Positions 1 to 13,073 of a stretch of 64,000 bases of DNA are shown here, in pieces. The stretch covers positions 34,708-98,707 of the forward strand of contig CAJNOH010000403.1 in NCBI GenBank assembly GCA_905250005.1. The letters are read 5' to 3'. Position 1 is the first letter of the stretch, and each line of letters starts with the position of its first letter. This DNA comes from Rotaria sordida (taxonomy: Eukaryota). The translations under genes were made by a program, and so were the position numbers. The notes beneath the pieces were generated by a model. It had not been told where the DNA came from, ran no database searches, and saw only the letters and a list, made by a program, of their open reading frames with translations.

Positions 1-204
1 TTTTCTTCTTGTCTTCTTTATTAATAAGTTCCCATTAATAAGTAGTATTGAAGAGTCAACTGTTCTGCAAACATTCGACGCATTCGAAATCGTTTAAATA
101 GTACCAGAGCATTCCATATAGAGAAAAAAATTTTCTTTTCGTATAGAGAGAAAATCCAATGACAGCACTTCTTTTTATTTTCTTTCTCTATATCTATCTA
201 TTTG

Positions 205-205
205 C

Positions 206-258
<53 letters not shown>
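205..258. repeat. (CT)n dinucleotide microsatellite of about 26 units
   Basis: Uninterrupted ctctct... run read directly. The 65-aa minus ORF 194..391 over it (RERERE...) is a translation artifact. Confidence 0.95.
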
Positions 259-260
<2 letters not shown>

Positions 261-2476
261 TCTCTCTTTGCGTTATGATGCTGATCACCATCACCTTTTT
301 CTTCTTCGCCTTTAGCTGCACTGTTATTGACTGTAACGAATGTCGTCTTGAGCATGTAGGCAGATGATAGATGGGCGGAAAATGAGTGCACTATACAATC
401 GAATAAACTTCAGGATAGTAGTATATAAGAAGGACGGAAAAGGATGAGCACATCGATAAGAGGCCTGATGAGAAAAAAAAGAAGAATGAAAGAAGAGCCG
501 AGATGAATGTCAACCAAATCAATTTCATTCGTATGTCGTTCATCGTTTGACTAATCATTGTCATCATCAATACGGAACATCAGCGATGCATATTATTATT
601 ATAACCAACAAATATACATGTACGGAAAAATCAGATGATGAAAAACAAAATGATAAGATCTTCATTCAAAACACTTATATGGATTCATTAGTGAACAGAT
701 ATGAAGGTCATTTATTATTCATTTTTACTAGAGGCAACATAGTTCATTCTTGAAAACAAATTTAGCATTATGTCTAGATGGTGAAAAAAAAAAAACACCT
801 GTAAATTTTCAAAAGGCAAGAATATTTTTATTTTTTTTTATATTTCTCAATAAAAATGAGATCCGTTGAATGAACATTTCATTCAAATGATCATCTCTTT
901 TTAAATGATGAAAAACCAAAAAAAAAGAAAAACGAAATCTCCAGAGAAAAGAATCGAGTTTTGGCGTTCCAATATGATATTAAATTTGTCCTCATGACTA
1001 TAATCTAGTTTTAGCTCTTTGCCTGACTTTTTTTTTCCTTGAAATCAATAATAAAAATAGCAATTAATGATGGATTAATTTTCAATTTGTCTTTATCTTC
1101 TAAGAAATATAAATTTAATTGTCGTCTAATTCAATCAAACATTGAATAGCGAAGCAACTGTTTTACAGAACAGACAAAAAAACAAACAGACAAACATAAC
1201 TTTTATTTCTTTATGTTTAGATGTCATTTAAGTAGAACAAATAATCTTTAAATGGGTTTCAATTAAGGTCAAAACATTCAACTATTGTTCAATCAAATGT
1301 AAAAGCTTAAAAAATACATATATTTATAAGAAATTTTCATTAAATTGTAAAATATATTCTTTAAGTCTTTTGTATATTATTCACAAATATTCAATTTATT
1401 TACTATCTTTACAATGCCTACATTTTAAATGCACGATCAAACTACATCCGGAGATATACATGTCTCAAACACATGCATGAAAAAAAAAACAAATTTATTA
1501 AATTTTAAAGTAAAACGTGCGAGACTCTAATCTATGAGTATATTCACATGTATAACATTTATGTATATATGAACGTCAAAGTGTTCATTCTAGTGTATTT
1601 TCAAGATGAACAGAATTTCGTAGAATTCTACATGAACCATGCAAAAGGGTTGTATTTATAAAAACTATTACTAAAGCGATTCTGTGTCAAAATGCAAGGT
1701 TTTACTATGTTGTAATGTGCATGATAGTACATGCAAGAATTTTGTTCTTTCTATGATTGTTCATATTTTATTAAAGATCAATTTGTTCTTCAATAATTGT
1801 ATTATATCAGTTCATCAAAAATTTGTCCTTTTTTTTAATTATCTGATAGGTTTTATATCTATGATCTTAAAAATATTCGATGATCATTAATTCCTCCTGT
1901 TTTAATGGGACTTGTGATATCAGTAGGTGTTTGAATAGTGAAAAAAGATTATGTTCAAAACCGAATTATGTATGTTTGAATCTTATATCAAGAAAAGACT
2001 TAGATGTTCACATATAATTACTTTAATGCACTTCATTTTTTTGCGACATCCAAGCGCTGTCTTCAATGCACACACAGGAGTTCTTTACAAACACATTGAT
2101 ATATTCTTACATATGATAATATAACGCGTGTATACACGAAAATTCTCATATGTATAATATCCAAACATAATCTAGTCCATGATCATTCACACCTATATCG
2201 AGCAAAAACGATTTGTGCCTGTATACATAGTGTTATTATAGGATTATAGGCATTTTTTTTTGATAATTGAAAATAAATATAATAGAAATATTTTGTATTC
2301 TACCTTTAGTTATTGAATAAAAAAAAATTTAGATCTGATATTCATATTGATAATGAACAATTGATAGATTTAAATGTATTTGAAAGAAAAATTTTACATT
2401 TATTTATATATAATTTATATTAGACAAATGTTATCAAAAGATGGACACACTAACAAACAAAAGCATTGAATAATAT

Positions 2477-3646
2477 TCATTTCATATAATAATCACATTT
2501 AAGTATTGGACAATCAACTTGTACGTTCGTTGGTAAATAATCATAATAGAGTGTATAAGTAGGAAATGATTGATTATGTGTACCATCAACATATGCACCT
2601 ATATAGGAATAATTTTCAAGTGAATGCATCGGATCTAGAGGAGTATTACGTGAACGAGTATTTTCACGAAATATCCTGACAGATCGTGTAGCTAAATCTG
2701 TTTTATCAATAATCATTTTAGATAGAGCATAGATGCTTATATAATCTGGTACAGTAATATGTATATGACCTGGATATCCATGGTAGGAATCGAATGTGAT
2801 AAAACGAAGATGAATAGTAACATATCTATATATATATATATACGAGACAATATATTTTATTTTAAATCATATTGATATTACCTAATATGATTTAATTGTA
2901 AAGATTCATTAAATTTTTGTTGAAATTTCTTTGGAGATTTTTCAAGAACAATTTCTTTTGGTTTTGGTACAGATAATTTTGTTATATGTTGTAAAATACC
3001 ATTACCAAGTTTTTCATCTAATATTGTTCGATAATCAATTAAACCTTCAATTTCGAATAATTTTATAAGAACAAAAAAATCTTCTATAGACATTTCAGGC
3101 AATCGATCTTTGATGACTAAGAATAAAAAAAAACAAATAAAATTTCATTTCAATATAAATAATCACATAACGAAATGATTTTTTTAATTACTAAGTCGAA
3201 ATTGTTCATATGGTAAACGACCGGAATGTAGTTTATCTAATGAATGACAAACAGCAAGTAATCTTGTTTTGTGACCTAATAATAATGAATTAATACGTTC
3301 ACATACAGTATTTAATTGTTCAGGAGAAGCAAATATAGCTTTTGTTACTTTTGTTAAATGTTCCTATATTAGAAAATATGAATAATAATAATAATATTTT
3401 TCTTATTATGAAGATCTTTACAAGTTCTTTTTGACGAAGAGTTTTGACTTTCTTTTTCTTCTTCTTTTTCTTCTTATTTGCCTCTTCATTTTCTTCGAGT
3501 TGAAGAGATTGAATTAAGGATATTGTTGTTGGTGGTAATTGTTTAGTATTGATCGTTTCATCCGGTGATGATTCTACATCAGAATATTCAGTAGCTTCTA
3601 TCTGATGTTGTTGTTGTTGTTGTTGTTCATTATCGATATTCTCCAT
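2477..3646 (-). CDS. Conserved hypothetical protein, 4 exons, with an N-terminal polyQ/polyK low-complexity region
   Basis: Exons approx 3411-3646 (ATG at 3646; MENIDNEQQQQQQ...KKKKKKKKKKVKTLRQKEL then donor gtaaag), 3188-3364 (acceptor ttctaatatag; EHLTKVTKAIFASPEQLNTVCERINSLLLGHKTRLLAVCHSLDKLHSGRLPYEQFRL; donor gtaatt), 2882-3107 (VIKDRLPEMSIEDFF...LNHIR; donor gtaata), 2477-2828 (YVTIHLRFITFDSYHGYPGHIHITVPDY...CDYYMK, stop). Frames stay open across canonical GT/AG junctions. No family recognised. Confidence 0.55.
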
Positions 3647-4399
3647 TTTACAATCAAGAAGAATAGAAAAAAAAACGATTGATGATGCTATTTAGTGGCA
3701 TCTTACTATGGACATAAGAATGCATCATTTGCATGTCATATTGATTTCAACAGCATAGAGAGCAATGTAATTTGAGACTTTTTTTATAATGAGTTTCAAA
3801 TAAATGAGTAGAACGAATATTCAACAACGAAAAGTTCATTCATTGAATAGATTATGTATTTTTTTTCAAGGTTTACAATATTTATTGGCTAACACAATTA
3901 ATAGTAATGACTGATTATTGATTGAATAAAGTTTATTAATGCATTGGTCCATATGATTTGTTATAACGATTTTTTTAATTCTAAAACATGTTTTTATGAC
4001 ATCCAACTAATAGAAATTATTGAGTTGTTGAAGATTGCGCGATGATATAAAAATTTCCATTGATTAGATTGGCATGATCAGTCATTGGTCACGCACAAAT
4101 GAGAAGGGGTTAGAACTTAAAAGTGAAGAAAGCTTATGAGGAAACTTTTCCAGGTGTCAAATCGCTTTTCGATCGAGACGATGTTCATTAGATGAGTACT
4201 AGTAAGTAATAGAAAAGTCTAGAATGGTTTGGTTTTCTGGGTTTTTGTTCTTGCAATACCGAAATTTTACTGGATTTTCCAACAAAAACCTATGGTCTCT
4301 CTCAGCTTATCTGGAAAATCGACTTTCGACTTACAAATTTGCATGAACAAAGTTCGTAATAAGATTAGTTGCTTGTGCAACTTTTAACTTTTTTAGTAT

Positions 4400-5650
4400 T
4401 TCTTTTCTGGAAACGTAAGGTGTCGGCAATGCAAATTTCAAGTAAAAACTTTTTCGCTTTTTTTAACATTATGTGATAGAAAGTGAATTGCTGATCATGA
4501 AAAATTTGAAGCATGTCGTTTTTTTTCCGACAAACACATGCTTTTCAATATGTGGAAAATTTTCCTTTCCATCCTTCTTTCCAGCTTTTAAACATTCATT
4601 ATTCAGATTCAGCATCAAAATTTGAATATAGATAAGTTGTTACATCGATTCCAATCTCGACAATATTTTGATGATGACGTTTCGAATTGTGACGAGTGCA
4701 ATATTATAGGTCGATTTTATAAATCTATCTAGTTTTTTGTGTAAGTGATCAAACCAAATATTTTATCTCATTTAATTTCTTGTATCATCAGTCATAAAAG
4801 TATGAATCGCTTTTTTTTTCTTTTTCTTTCTTTGTTGAGAAAAACCATTTTTTCTGAATTTTGGAGAAAAAAACTAGAATTCTGCCTGTATTTTTCCATT
4901 TTCTTGATCAAAACTAAAATCTCCTATAATATGATTGAAATATTCGGAGTCAACGTAAAAAACTGGTTTCACTAATGTATGTTTCGAAAATTTTCATTAC
5001 TTTTCATTTTTTGATGAAAATTTCAGGGACATTTTCATCTGAAAACTGGCAAAAAGCTGAAGTCAACGAAAAAGGTTAAATTATATATAAGTTAATTTAG
5101 TTTTTTTTCTCTGATTCCGAATATGATAACATTATTGTATGAAAGCTTAGTTTTTATGAAAAAAATGAAGAAACACAGACAGAATTCTATCTATTTAGCC
5201 CAAAATGCAGAAAAAGTGATTTTTCTCAACAAGAAAGGAAAAAGAAAAAAAAGTGACTCATATTCTTATGACTGATGATACAAGGAATTAAATGAGATAA
5301 AATATTTGGTTTGATCACTTACACAAAAAACTAAACAGATTTATAAAATCGACCTATATATATTGCATCTGTCGCGATTCGAAGCGTCATCATCAAAAGA
5401 TTGTCGAGATTAGAGCCAATGTAACAGCTTATCTGTATTCAGATTTTGGTGATGAATCTAAAAAATGTATGTTTGAAAGCTGGAAAGAAGGATGGAAAGG
5501 AAAATTTTCCACATATTGAAAAGCATGTGTTTGTCGAAAAAAACGACATACTTCAAGTTTTTCGTGATCAACAGTTCACTCTCTATCAAATAATGTTTAA
5601 AAAAAGTGAAAAAAAAATTTTACTTGAAATTTGCATTGCCAGCACCTTAT
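4400..5650. repeat. Foldback F1: about 1.25 kb near-perfect long inverted repeat (hairpin), symmetry centre about 5030
   Basis: The reverse complement of 4400-4990 aligns to 5070-5650 at roughly 85-90% identity when read by eye. Example: 4741 gtaagtgatcaaaccaaatattttatctcatttaatttcttgtatcatcagtcataa versus 5262 ttatgactgatgatacaaggaattaaatgagataaaatatttggtttgatcacttac. Arms diverge beyond about 4395 and 5660. ORFs 4745..4975, 5446..5769 and 5606..5824 lie inside the arms. Confidence 0.85.
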
Positions 5651-8393
5651 TTCAATGCATTTGGTATTCAGCCTGCTCAGCAACGAAAAATCTTCTCAAT
5701 CCATCAGTTGATCATAGAAAAATCGAAGGGAAAAATGTCGCAGTGGAAATTGATCGAAAAGTACTTTAGAAAACTCCGACTTGCAAGAAATTCTGTATTG
5801 TATAGCAAAATACTAACATTCTAACAGAGATCATACAGAAGTCACGAAAAAAGAAAAACTTCATGTGCTCAAAGTCATCGTACACTAGAAACACCACTGT
5901 TTCGATATTTTTCGGTTTCGACATTTTTCTGTCTCAATATTTTTCCTTTCGATCTTTCTACTCCTAAAAAACAAGAAGCCCGTTTCATGTAGCTGCATGC
6001 TTTGCTCGAAATCATCCGTAATTTTTCACATCCTATCTCGATCGGTGATACTTATCAAGCAGTCATTAACGAATTTCGTATTTGCTATCGCAGCAATAAG
6101 CACGGACTGAGACGTATCGATGAATTCTCATGCACTTACATTCCGATCAAATCGATCTACTAGTTTATAAAAGATGTCTTTCTTTATTCACTGTTAAATA
6201 GAGTCCTGAGAATATAAAACATAATCGCTATTGTCAAGTTTCAATACATCATACAAGATGTTTATTGACAACTAGCTGAACTGTTCTCAAGGCTCAGCAA
6301 TCGGCTCACATACATATTAAGTCATAATAGAATATAATTCTTAAAACATTATTGGAAAATGTATCTTTATTTGTTTGTCCAACATATATACAGATTTAAA
6401 GCTTTTTTAATTGAAAAACATGCTATCGAAATGATAAGCACATGAACAACTATTTCAATTTTACTAAAAATCTGTGGAATGTAAAATTCTATTGGCAAAA
6501 GTTTAGTATGAAAGTCTGTTTTTATAAGCTAAGGAACAGCTAGTAAATTAGTAGACTATAGTTCACTAAAAAAATTGTGACGATACTCCTACTATAGCAT
6601 ACATTCACTCTGAAACTCCATTTATTTGAAAGTAGAGTGTAATTTCTGATGATTTGATAATTTCTTAGTGTATTTGAGTGGAGTATGCATGAAGAGTAGC
6701 GCGACACCTACATCTACACCCTTCTGATGCATCGAAACAGAAAAATAAATGGTCGACAGCATTACAAATCGAATAAGTACATTGTAAATCGATATAATGA
6801 TTGGCTCCTAATAGTATCTAATCTTCTGAATGGTTTGTCCTTAGTTGTGGCAAAAAAATTGTGATGGTTCAATAGGAGCATTACTTAACGTTGATAAAAT
6901 AAGATATAAAAATCTTTTTACTTGTCTTTTACTATTTCTTTTTTAATAGTAAACATTTGGTTCAAAGTTATGTGCTTGGTTTTTTAATTTACGCGGAAAA
7001 ATAATATTCAAAAATTTCCACCTCAAGTTTTTGATATTTTTACTTTCGACCAAAGTAGGGGTATTCAGAAGATCAGTTGAGAGTGAAGACTGGTTCTGCA
7101 GAACTATGGCTTTCTTTTAGGACAGTTAAAATGACCTATATACAACAATAGATAAATCCGCTGGTTTAAATAAATCCAAAACAAAAAAAAAAACAAATCT
7201 CAATAGCTCCTCAGTTATTGGAAAACTTTTGAAACGTATTTGATTCACTAATAAACTTTCGTGTCGATATATATAACATAACAAGTTTGGGAGATACATT
7301 TATGGCTGCAGGTAAACAACAATACAAAAAGAAAAAGTTTACCTTTCCTAAATTTATTGATTTCGTAAGTCATATTTTTCAAAGACAGTAATCAAGTAAA
7401 ACAATCCTTGTTTACCAATCGATAGCTCATTAACTTCTCCATAATTAGCATAAAGTTAATTGCCGATTAAATGTTTTCATTTTTGTTAATAATGCTATTT
7501 CTGCTGATGCTCACGCCAGTAAAAATGAGTTCATTTTGAAACATACAGGATTTTATGACTACATATATACAATTGCTCATAAATATCAAAGGAAAATTCA
7601 GCAAATATTATAAGTTTTACCTTAATCACTATTATACAAATTGTGCATAATATGTGAGAACCTTTGAGTATCAACATAAGCTTCTCTAATTATATATAAC
7701 TCTGTCATTTAAAATGTGTAAAACTTATCGTCAAAAAAAAAACAATTTAAGTACATTTCCATTCATTAAATGTTTATTATTTGCAAATACAAACAAAAGA
7801 TTCCACTATAGAACAATATCTTAATTATACTTACATATTGTTTTCATTTAAAGAGAATAAAAATTTATACTCGAACTGTACTAATTGTTTCCAAGGGCAA
7901 TTTTCATATGAATAGAACGTATAATTTTCTTTCCGATAAATTATTTAATTGAATTTATTATACACCAACAATGTTATTATCTTTCATTTTAATATGAATA
8001 CTTCAAAATAACATCACGTTCTCTTCTAATTTTCGAGTCTCTGCTAATATTTCTAATCATCACATGCCTACAACATTCTATATATGTATTGATATGTTGA
8101 AAACAATATTAAAAAATTCTGATACATGCTTTGTTTTTTCTTTTTACTTCGTTGCTTATCGTGCTTACTATCGAAAATCAAAAGCCACGAACATACATAT
8201 TAAAAAAATGACCAAGAAAAAAAAGAGAGTATAGAAAAAAAAAAGAAGACATCTGTTGCTACTTTATTTTATTAGTAGTTATATAAAAATGGCTATATGA
8301 GAAAGAAATGAAATAAGACAAAAAAGAAACGTAACAGATGACGATTTTGTTTTAGTTCTTTTAATCGGGTGTGATTGTAATGATTTAAAATAT

Positions 8394-9003
8394 CTACTCG
8401 CCACGTTTGTACCAACGACGAGCTGTGACATCACCAGCTTTCATCTCCTAAAAACAGATAAGAAATTAAAATAGATTTTATTTTCGAAGAAATAAAGAAA
8501 TAAACATACAATTTGTTGTTGTCCTTGTCCATCAACATAACGTACAATTGTCGATTCTTTACCATTCTTATCACGCATTGTATGAACCCATTTATCATTT
8601 TCAAATTTGATAACGGACTATTGAAATAAATAAAAAAAAAAGATAATGTTTACATTTTCTAGATAAGACATGCGACTAACCTTAACATTTTCACCATCAA
8701 GACGAGTTTCATCGAATTCAACACCAGGTGTAAATTCATATTGTGCCGTTTTAAGCGTTGATTCACTTTTCAATGACCATTTACCATCACTTTCTTTAAT
8801 AATTAATTTTGGTTTAATCAATTTAGCTGATTGACGAAGAGCAAAACCGACACCCTTTTACAAAATAAATCAACATTTCATATATAAATATTCAAAAGTA
8901 AGAAAATCTTCTTACAATTTCTTTCATATAATCATCGAAATGTTCACCATCGACGTATTCCCATGTACCTTTAAGTTTTTCAATACCGCTAGTAGCTGTC
9001 ATA
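8394..9003 (-). CDS. Cytosolic fatty-acid-binding protein (FABP, Sm14-like), 4 exons
   Basis: Exons approx 8916-9003 (ATG at 9003; MTATSGIEKLKGTWEYVDGEHFDDYMKEI; donor gtaag), 8681-8853 (GVGFALRQSAKLIKPKLIIKESDGKWSLKSESTLKTAQYEFTPGVEFDETRLDGENVK), 8501-8617 (SVIKFENDKWVHTMRDKNGKESTIVRYVDGQGQQQ), 8394-8437 (EMKAGDVTARRWYKRGE, stop). It has the classical 4-exon FABP layout. The C-terminus matches the Schistosoma Sm14 pattern ...GDVTAIRNYKR. Confidence 0.8.
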
Positions 9004-9829
9004 TTAGTTTAATCGGTATTCTAAAAAATCACATTTGAATGTAAATATATCACTATAAACATAAAGTTCACTATGAACTTACTGAATCAACAAAAAAAAA
9101 GTTATGCGTGCAAATATGAAAAGACGAGGTAATGAGTGAATGAAAGAATATAGACACGTCTTGTTTTATATATATAGTGATATCTTCTATGAGAGAATAA
9201 GAGAGAGGGAGAGAGAGAAAGAAAATGAAATACCAATCGTATTGTATAGAGGCATTTTTTTTTTCTTTGTTAAAATAGAAGGAGAAAATGTACACATGTT
9301 GTGGTGGTGATATATGGTTGGATGAGCCTCGAAAGCTTTACATACATAATATCATTTATCACTAAATAGAATGAAAACAATGTACGATTTCTTATCGTCG
9401 GAGTCTCGCGGTTATGCGCCGAGGAATCTGTATCATTCATTGAATGAAAGAGAAACATAGACATCCGAATTTTTTTTCTTCGTAAACGAAATACATCAAA
9501 GCGTGAAGCACATCTGCTTCATAATAGTAATAACTATTATCATATCATAATTTATTTCCATTCATATATCGACTTACTTTTTAGCCTTTGATCAAGGTAA
9601 ATCAATCTTATAACGAATGATAACTGCATAGTTCTATTCTCTTTAATAAGGTTATTAATGAATATAAGAGAAAAAGAAATATGATATTCGTTGTTAATTT
9701 GAAAATATTTTTATTAATTATTTAATTTTGAAAAAAAAACAAACAAGTCTCTTGTTTTATTTATTTCATGATTAAAAAACATAATATAAAAATTTCAAGT
9801 TAATTATTAATATGAAAAAGTGCATATTG

Positions 9830-10480
9830 AATAAATTTTTCCCATGATGAATAATTCAATTCTAATTGTTCACAATAAATTCCATAACATAAACGTTTTT
9901 GCTCGTAATAATCAATTGCTTTATCAATATTCTCTAATAAAGGTTTCGGTAAATGATGATGAAGAATTGACTAAAAGTTAACAAAAAATTTAACAAAAAA
10001 AAAAGAACTAAAATGTTACAATCTCTTACTCGAATTTGTTCACTGTCAAATGGAACTAAAAATATATTTCTTTCCGATTTGGGTACTTGTAATAATAATT
10101 CAAGAAGAATAATACCCGTAGCAATCAAATGAATTATATCATTTTGTATATTTAATGCTAAAAACAAAATAATTCGATAGGTTAAGTTTTTTATTTTTCG
10201 TTTAAAAAAATAAAAGATAATTTCATCTTACCAAAAGAATTAAAACCTTGTTTATTTAAATATATTTTAAGTTCAACAAAATCTTTCATATCAAGAGATA
10301 ATAAATTAGCTAAATCTTGATTTAAATCAAATGATCCATTCGTTAATTGAATTCTTTTGAATTCATTTATCATCATCGAAGTTAAATCAATTTGTTTCGA
10401 TTTATTAAATGTTGAAAAACCTTTAAAAATTTCTGATTCACAAGTAAAATTAATTTTTTCATTTGTAGTTTCACCTTTAA
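9830..10480 (-). CDS. Hypothetical protein, at least 3 exons, family not recognised
   Basis: ORFs 10191..10376 and 9934..10167 plus a terminal exon about 9830-9965 (acceptor aacttttag; SILHHHLPKPLLENIDKAIDYYEQKRLCYGIYCEQLELNYSSWEKFIQYALFHINN, stop). Donor gtaag after ...NKQGFNSF and donor gtaagag after ...FDSEQIR. The 5' end was not determined. Confidence 0.4.
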
Positions 10481-10699
10481 GCTAAAAATAAAAATTGAAA
10501 AGATTTTCTTTTTTAAAAGAAGAATCATGAGACTATCGAGTATACGAGGCATTCAATACAAAAAAAAATGTTTTCTTTTTAAGCATTCAATACGTCGATA
10601 TCTGAAACCACCAACTCCATATATTAACTTTCTATAGTCTTTCTTTGGAAAGTTAGTCAATATCTACTTTTTACCACTATCATATTCTTATTAAAAAAA

Positions 10700-11290
10700 T
10701 GCCTTGAACAAAATTACCTATCTCAATATAATATTATATTAACCAAGTTAAGTTTGATAAGGTTGGCATCAATGAAAAATGGCTCTTTCGATAGGTATAA
10801 AACGTTCATTTGATAACAATCCATCTCCTATCGTAATCAGCAACCAAAACTGAATTGAGTTATTCGACAATTTAATTCAATTCAATTCAACAGCAATCTC
10901 TTCATTAACTCTCAAACACAAGCAACAAAATTCACTTCAATATACGGTATATACTTTCTATGTCTTGCACTTACACAAACTGTATCGATCTCTTGGTATG
11001 AGAGGTCTACTACTATTCATTTCAAAGTATCATGTATGTGAACTCGGTTTCGCCCTAAATGTATCATTTATTTTTGAATATTTATTTACAGTTTTGTAGA
11101 GAATAAAAAGTTGTATCAAATATATAATATTCAGCTTGAAACTTTTTGATTCAAAATCCCCACAAGAGATAGATTGTTATAAAGTAGACATTTTAGACTC
11201 TCATCTATGGAAACATTTTGCATTCATACTAACCTTATAAAACTTGGCTCAGTTGATATTATATTATATTGAAATAGGTCATTTCGTTCA
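10700..11290. repeat. Foldback F8: about 590 bp inverted repeat, centre about 11000
   Basis: 10715 acctatctcaatataatattatattaaccaagttaagtttgataaggttggcatcaatgaaaaatgg matches the reverse complement of 11200-11275 (ggttagtatgaatgcaaaatg...ccttataaaacttggctcagttgatattatattatattgaaataggt). Confidence 0.7.
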
Positions 11291-11589
11291 GTTTTTAATT
11301 CTCTATCTTTTAGTATAATTTATAAAAAATTCGAATGATTTGTTGAAACGAGTACGATATTTATAGGAAATATTTTTTTCATAAGGACATGATAGTGATA
11401 AAAAGTCGATATTGATTAATTTTTCAAAGAAAATCTATTGGAAACTAAAATATTGGAGTTGATGTTTTCAGACATCGATGAACTGAATGCACAAAAAAAA
11501 ATTTTTTTTTTATTGAGTGCCTCGTATAACTCGGTTATCTCATGATTCCTTTCTTTATAATTTTACAAACCATATATAATGAATCATTT

Positions 11590-12218
11590 GGTTGTCGATC
11601 ACCAACCCATACGGCATGAAAATCTTGGTTACTTTCTACATATGAAAGATGTCGTTCAATATCATTTTTGTCACATGGATCTATATAATAAATAGAAACT
11701 AACTAAGAAAATTTTCATTTTAATTAAGCAATATTCTTACAATTTTGTGAATTAATTCGAAATTTAGTTTTAGCACCTGATCGTATTTCTTCAGCTTCAA
11801 CTTGTAACAAACCATTACAATCAATATCCATACAAATTGATATTTCTAATGTTTGTGAAGCAAAATTTGGTATTAAATCAGTAAGTATAAATTCACCAAG
11901 AAATATCTAAAAAAAAAAGGCAACAAAATGAATTAATATAATAATTTTTGATTGAACATATTTTAAACTAACATTATATTTTGTAAGTTTATGTTCACCA
12001 CTGAAAATGCGAATTGTAGCTGTTGTTTGATAAGCATAAGCATTTGTAAAACAAGAATCAAATTGTGTTCGAAATGGTATTGTTGTATTACGACGAATAA
12101 TTATACACATATGACCATTAATATCTTCAATACCCAAACTGAGTGGTGTAACATCAAGTAATAATAATGCTGTATCTTTTACATCATTTTTCGAAGATGA
12201 CTTGCATTTCTTTTCCAA
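11590..12218 (-). pseudogene. HSP70-family substrate-binding and lid fragment with no ATPase domain; truncated gene or pseudogene
   Basis: Three exons: 11923-12218 (MEKKCKSSSKNDVKDTALLLLDVTPLSLGIEDINGHMCIIIRRNTTIPFRTQ...IRIFSGEHKLTKYN), about 11745-11905 (IFLGEFILTDLIPNFASQTLEISICMDIDCNGLLQVEAEEIRSGAKTKFRINSQN), about 11590-11700 (DPCDKNDIERHLSYVESNQDFHAVWVGDRQPNDSL...). It aligns with the Hsp70 motifs LLLDVAPLSLGIETAGGVMT..RNTTIPTK...GER..T.DN..LG.F.L.GI.PAPRG.P.IEV.F.ID.NGIL.V.A but is divergent. Upstream DNA (12230-12900) is foldback F2 and the PARP4 stop is at 13074, so there is no room for a nucleotide-binding domain. Confidence 0.6.
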
Positions 12219-12229
12219 CCTAGAATACA

Positions 12230-12900
12230 GTCAAAGGAAGTAGCACTTATACCCCTCGCAGATTTTTTTTTCGCACAAATATTTTTTGGTTGCAGATAGT
12301 ATGAAGATGTAAAATCATCCAATCAGACCTTGGACATTTTTAGTCTTAGCAAAGACAATCAATATTTTAGAGGACGGTCATTTATATAGGAAAGTACTAG
12401 AAAATAGGGAATATTTAGAAGTTTCTGTAGTCGAAAGTTGATTTTTATGTAAAATGAGTATGGTATTCAGAATCAGCATGAAAAATTATACTAGACAGTC
12501 TATTTTTCATTGTAAAATATTTTTCATGAAAATTTGACCCATAGGGGACCACGGGGAAAAATCTCATGGATAAAAGGTTGAGGGGGAGTAGGGGTCAGAT
12601 TTTCATGGAAAATATTTTACAATAAAAAATAGACACTAGTTTAATTTTTCATGCTGATTCTGAATATCATACTCATTTTACATAAAAACCAACTTTCAAC
12701 TACCGAAACCTCTAAATACTCACTATTTTCTAGTACTTTCCTATATAAATGACCGTTCTCTAAAATATTGTTTTTTTTGCGAAGACTAAAAATGTCCAAG
12801 GTCTGGTTAGATGATTTTACATCTTCACACTACCCACAACCAAAAGATATTGAAATGAAAAGAAACCTTGCGGGAGGAGGGGTATAGCCTATGGAAAAAG
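12230..12900. repeat. Foldback F2: about 670 bp near-perfect palindrome, centre about 12562
   Basis: 12241 tacccctcgcag... versus 12875 ...gcgggaggaggggtatagc. The interior is mirror-symmetric, e.g. 12400 gggaatatttagaagtttctgtagtcgaaagttgatttttatgtaaaatgagtatg versus 12640 catactcattttacataaaaaccaactttcaactaccgaaacctctaaatactc. Centre is gaccacggggaaaaatctcatggataaaaggttgagggggagtaggggtc. Confidence 0.9.
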
Positions 12901-13073
12901 CGCCATTTTCTTTATATATTATTCACTACAATGAATGACTATTATTTCAAAGTCATACTTGTTTTTGGACAGCAAGTCTATCTGGGTAGGTGAATTAGAA
13001 TACGATTCTTTGAAAGTCGAAGTCACCGTTGGTTCCGTTTGTTCATCAGATCGTGTCTACAATAAGCAATAAT

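Noticed and set aside
194-391. 65-aa ORF (RERERERE...) and a possible CRISPR-like repeat
   Set aside because: It is a plain (CT)n microsatellite. No spacers are present, and the ORF is a translation of the repeat.
4745-5824. ORFs 4745..4975, 5446..5769 and 5606..5824
   Set aside because: They lie inside the arms of foldback F1. They are AT-rich with K/F/L-rich translations and have no splice context.
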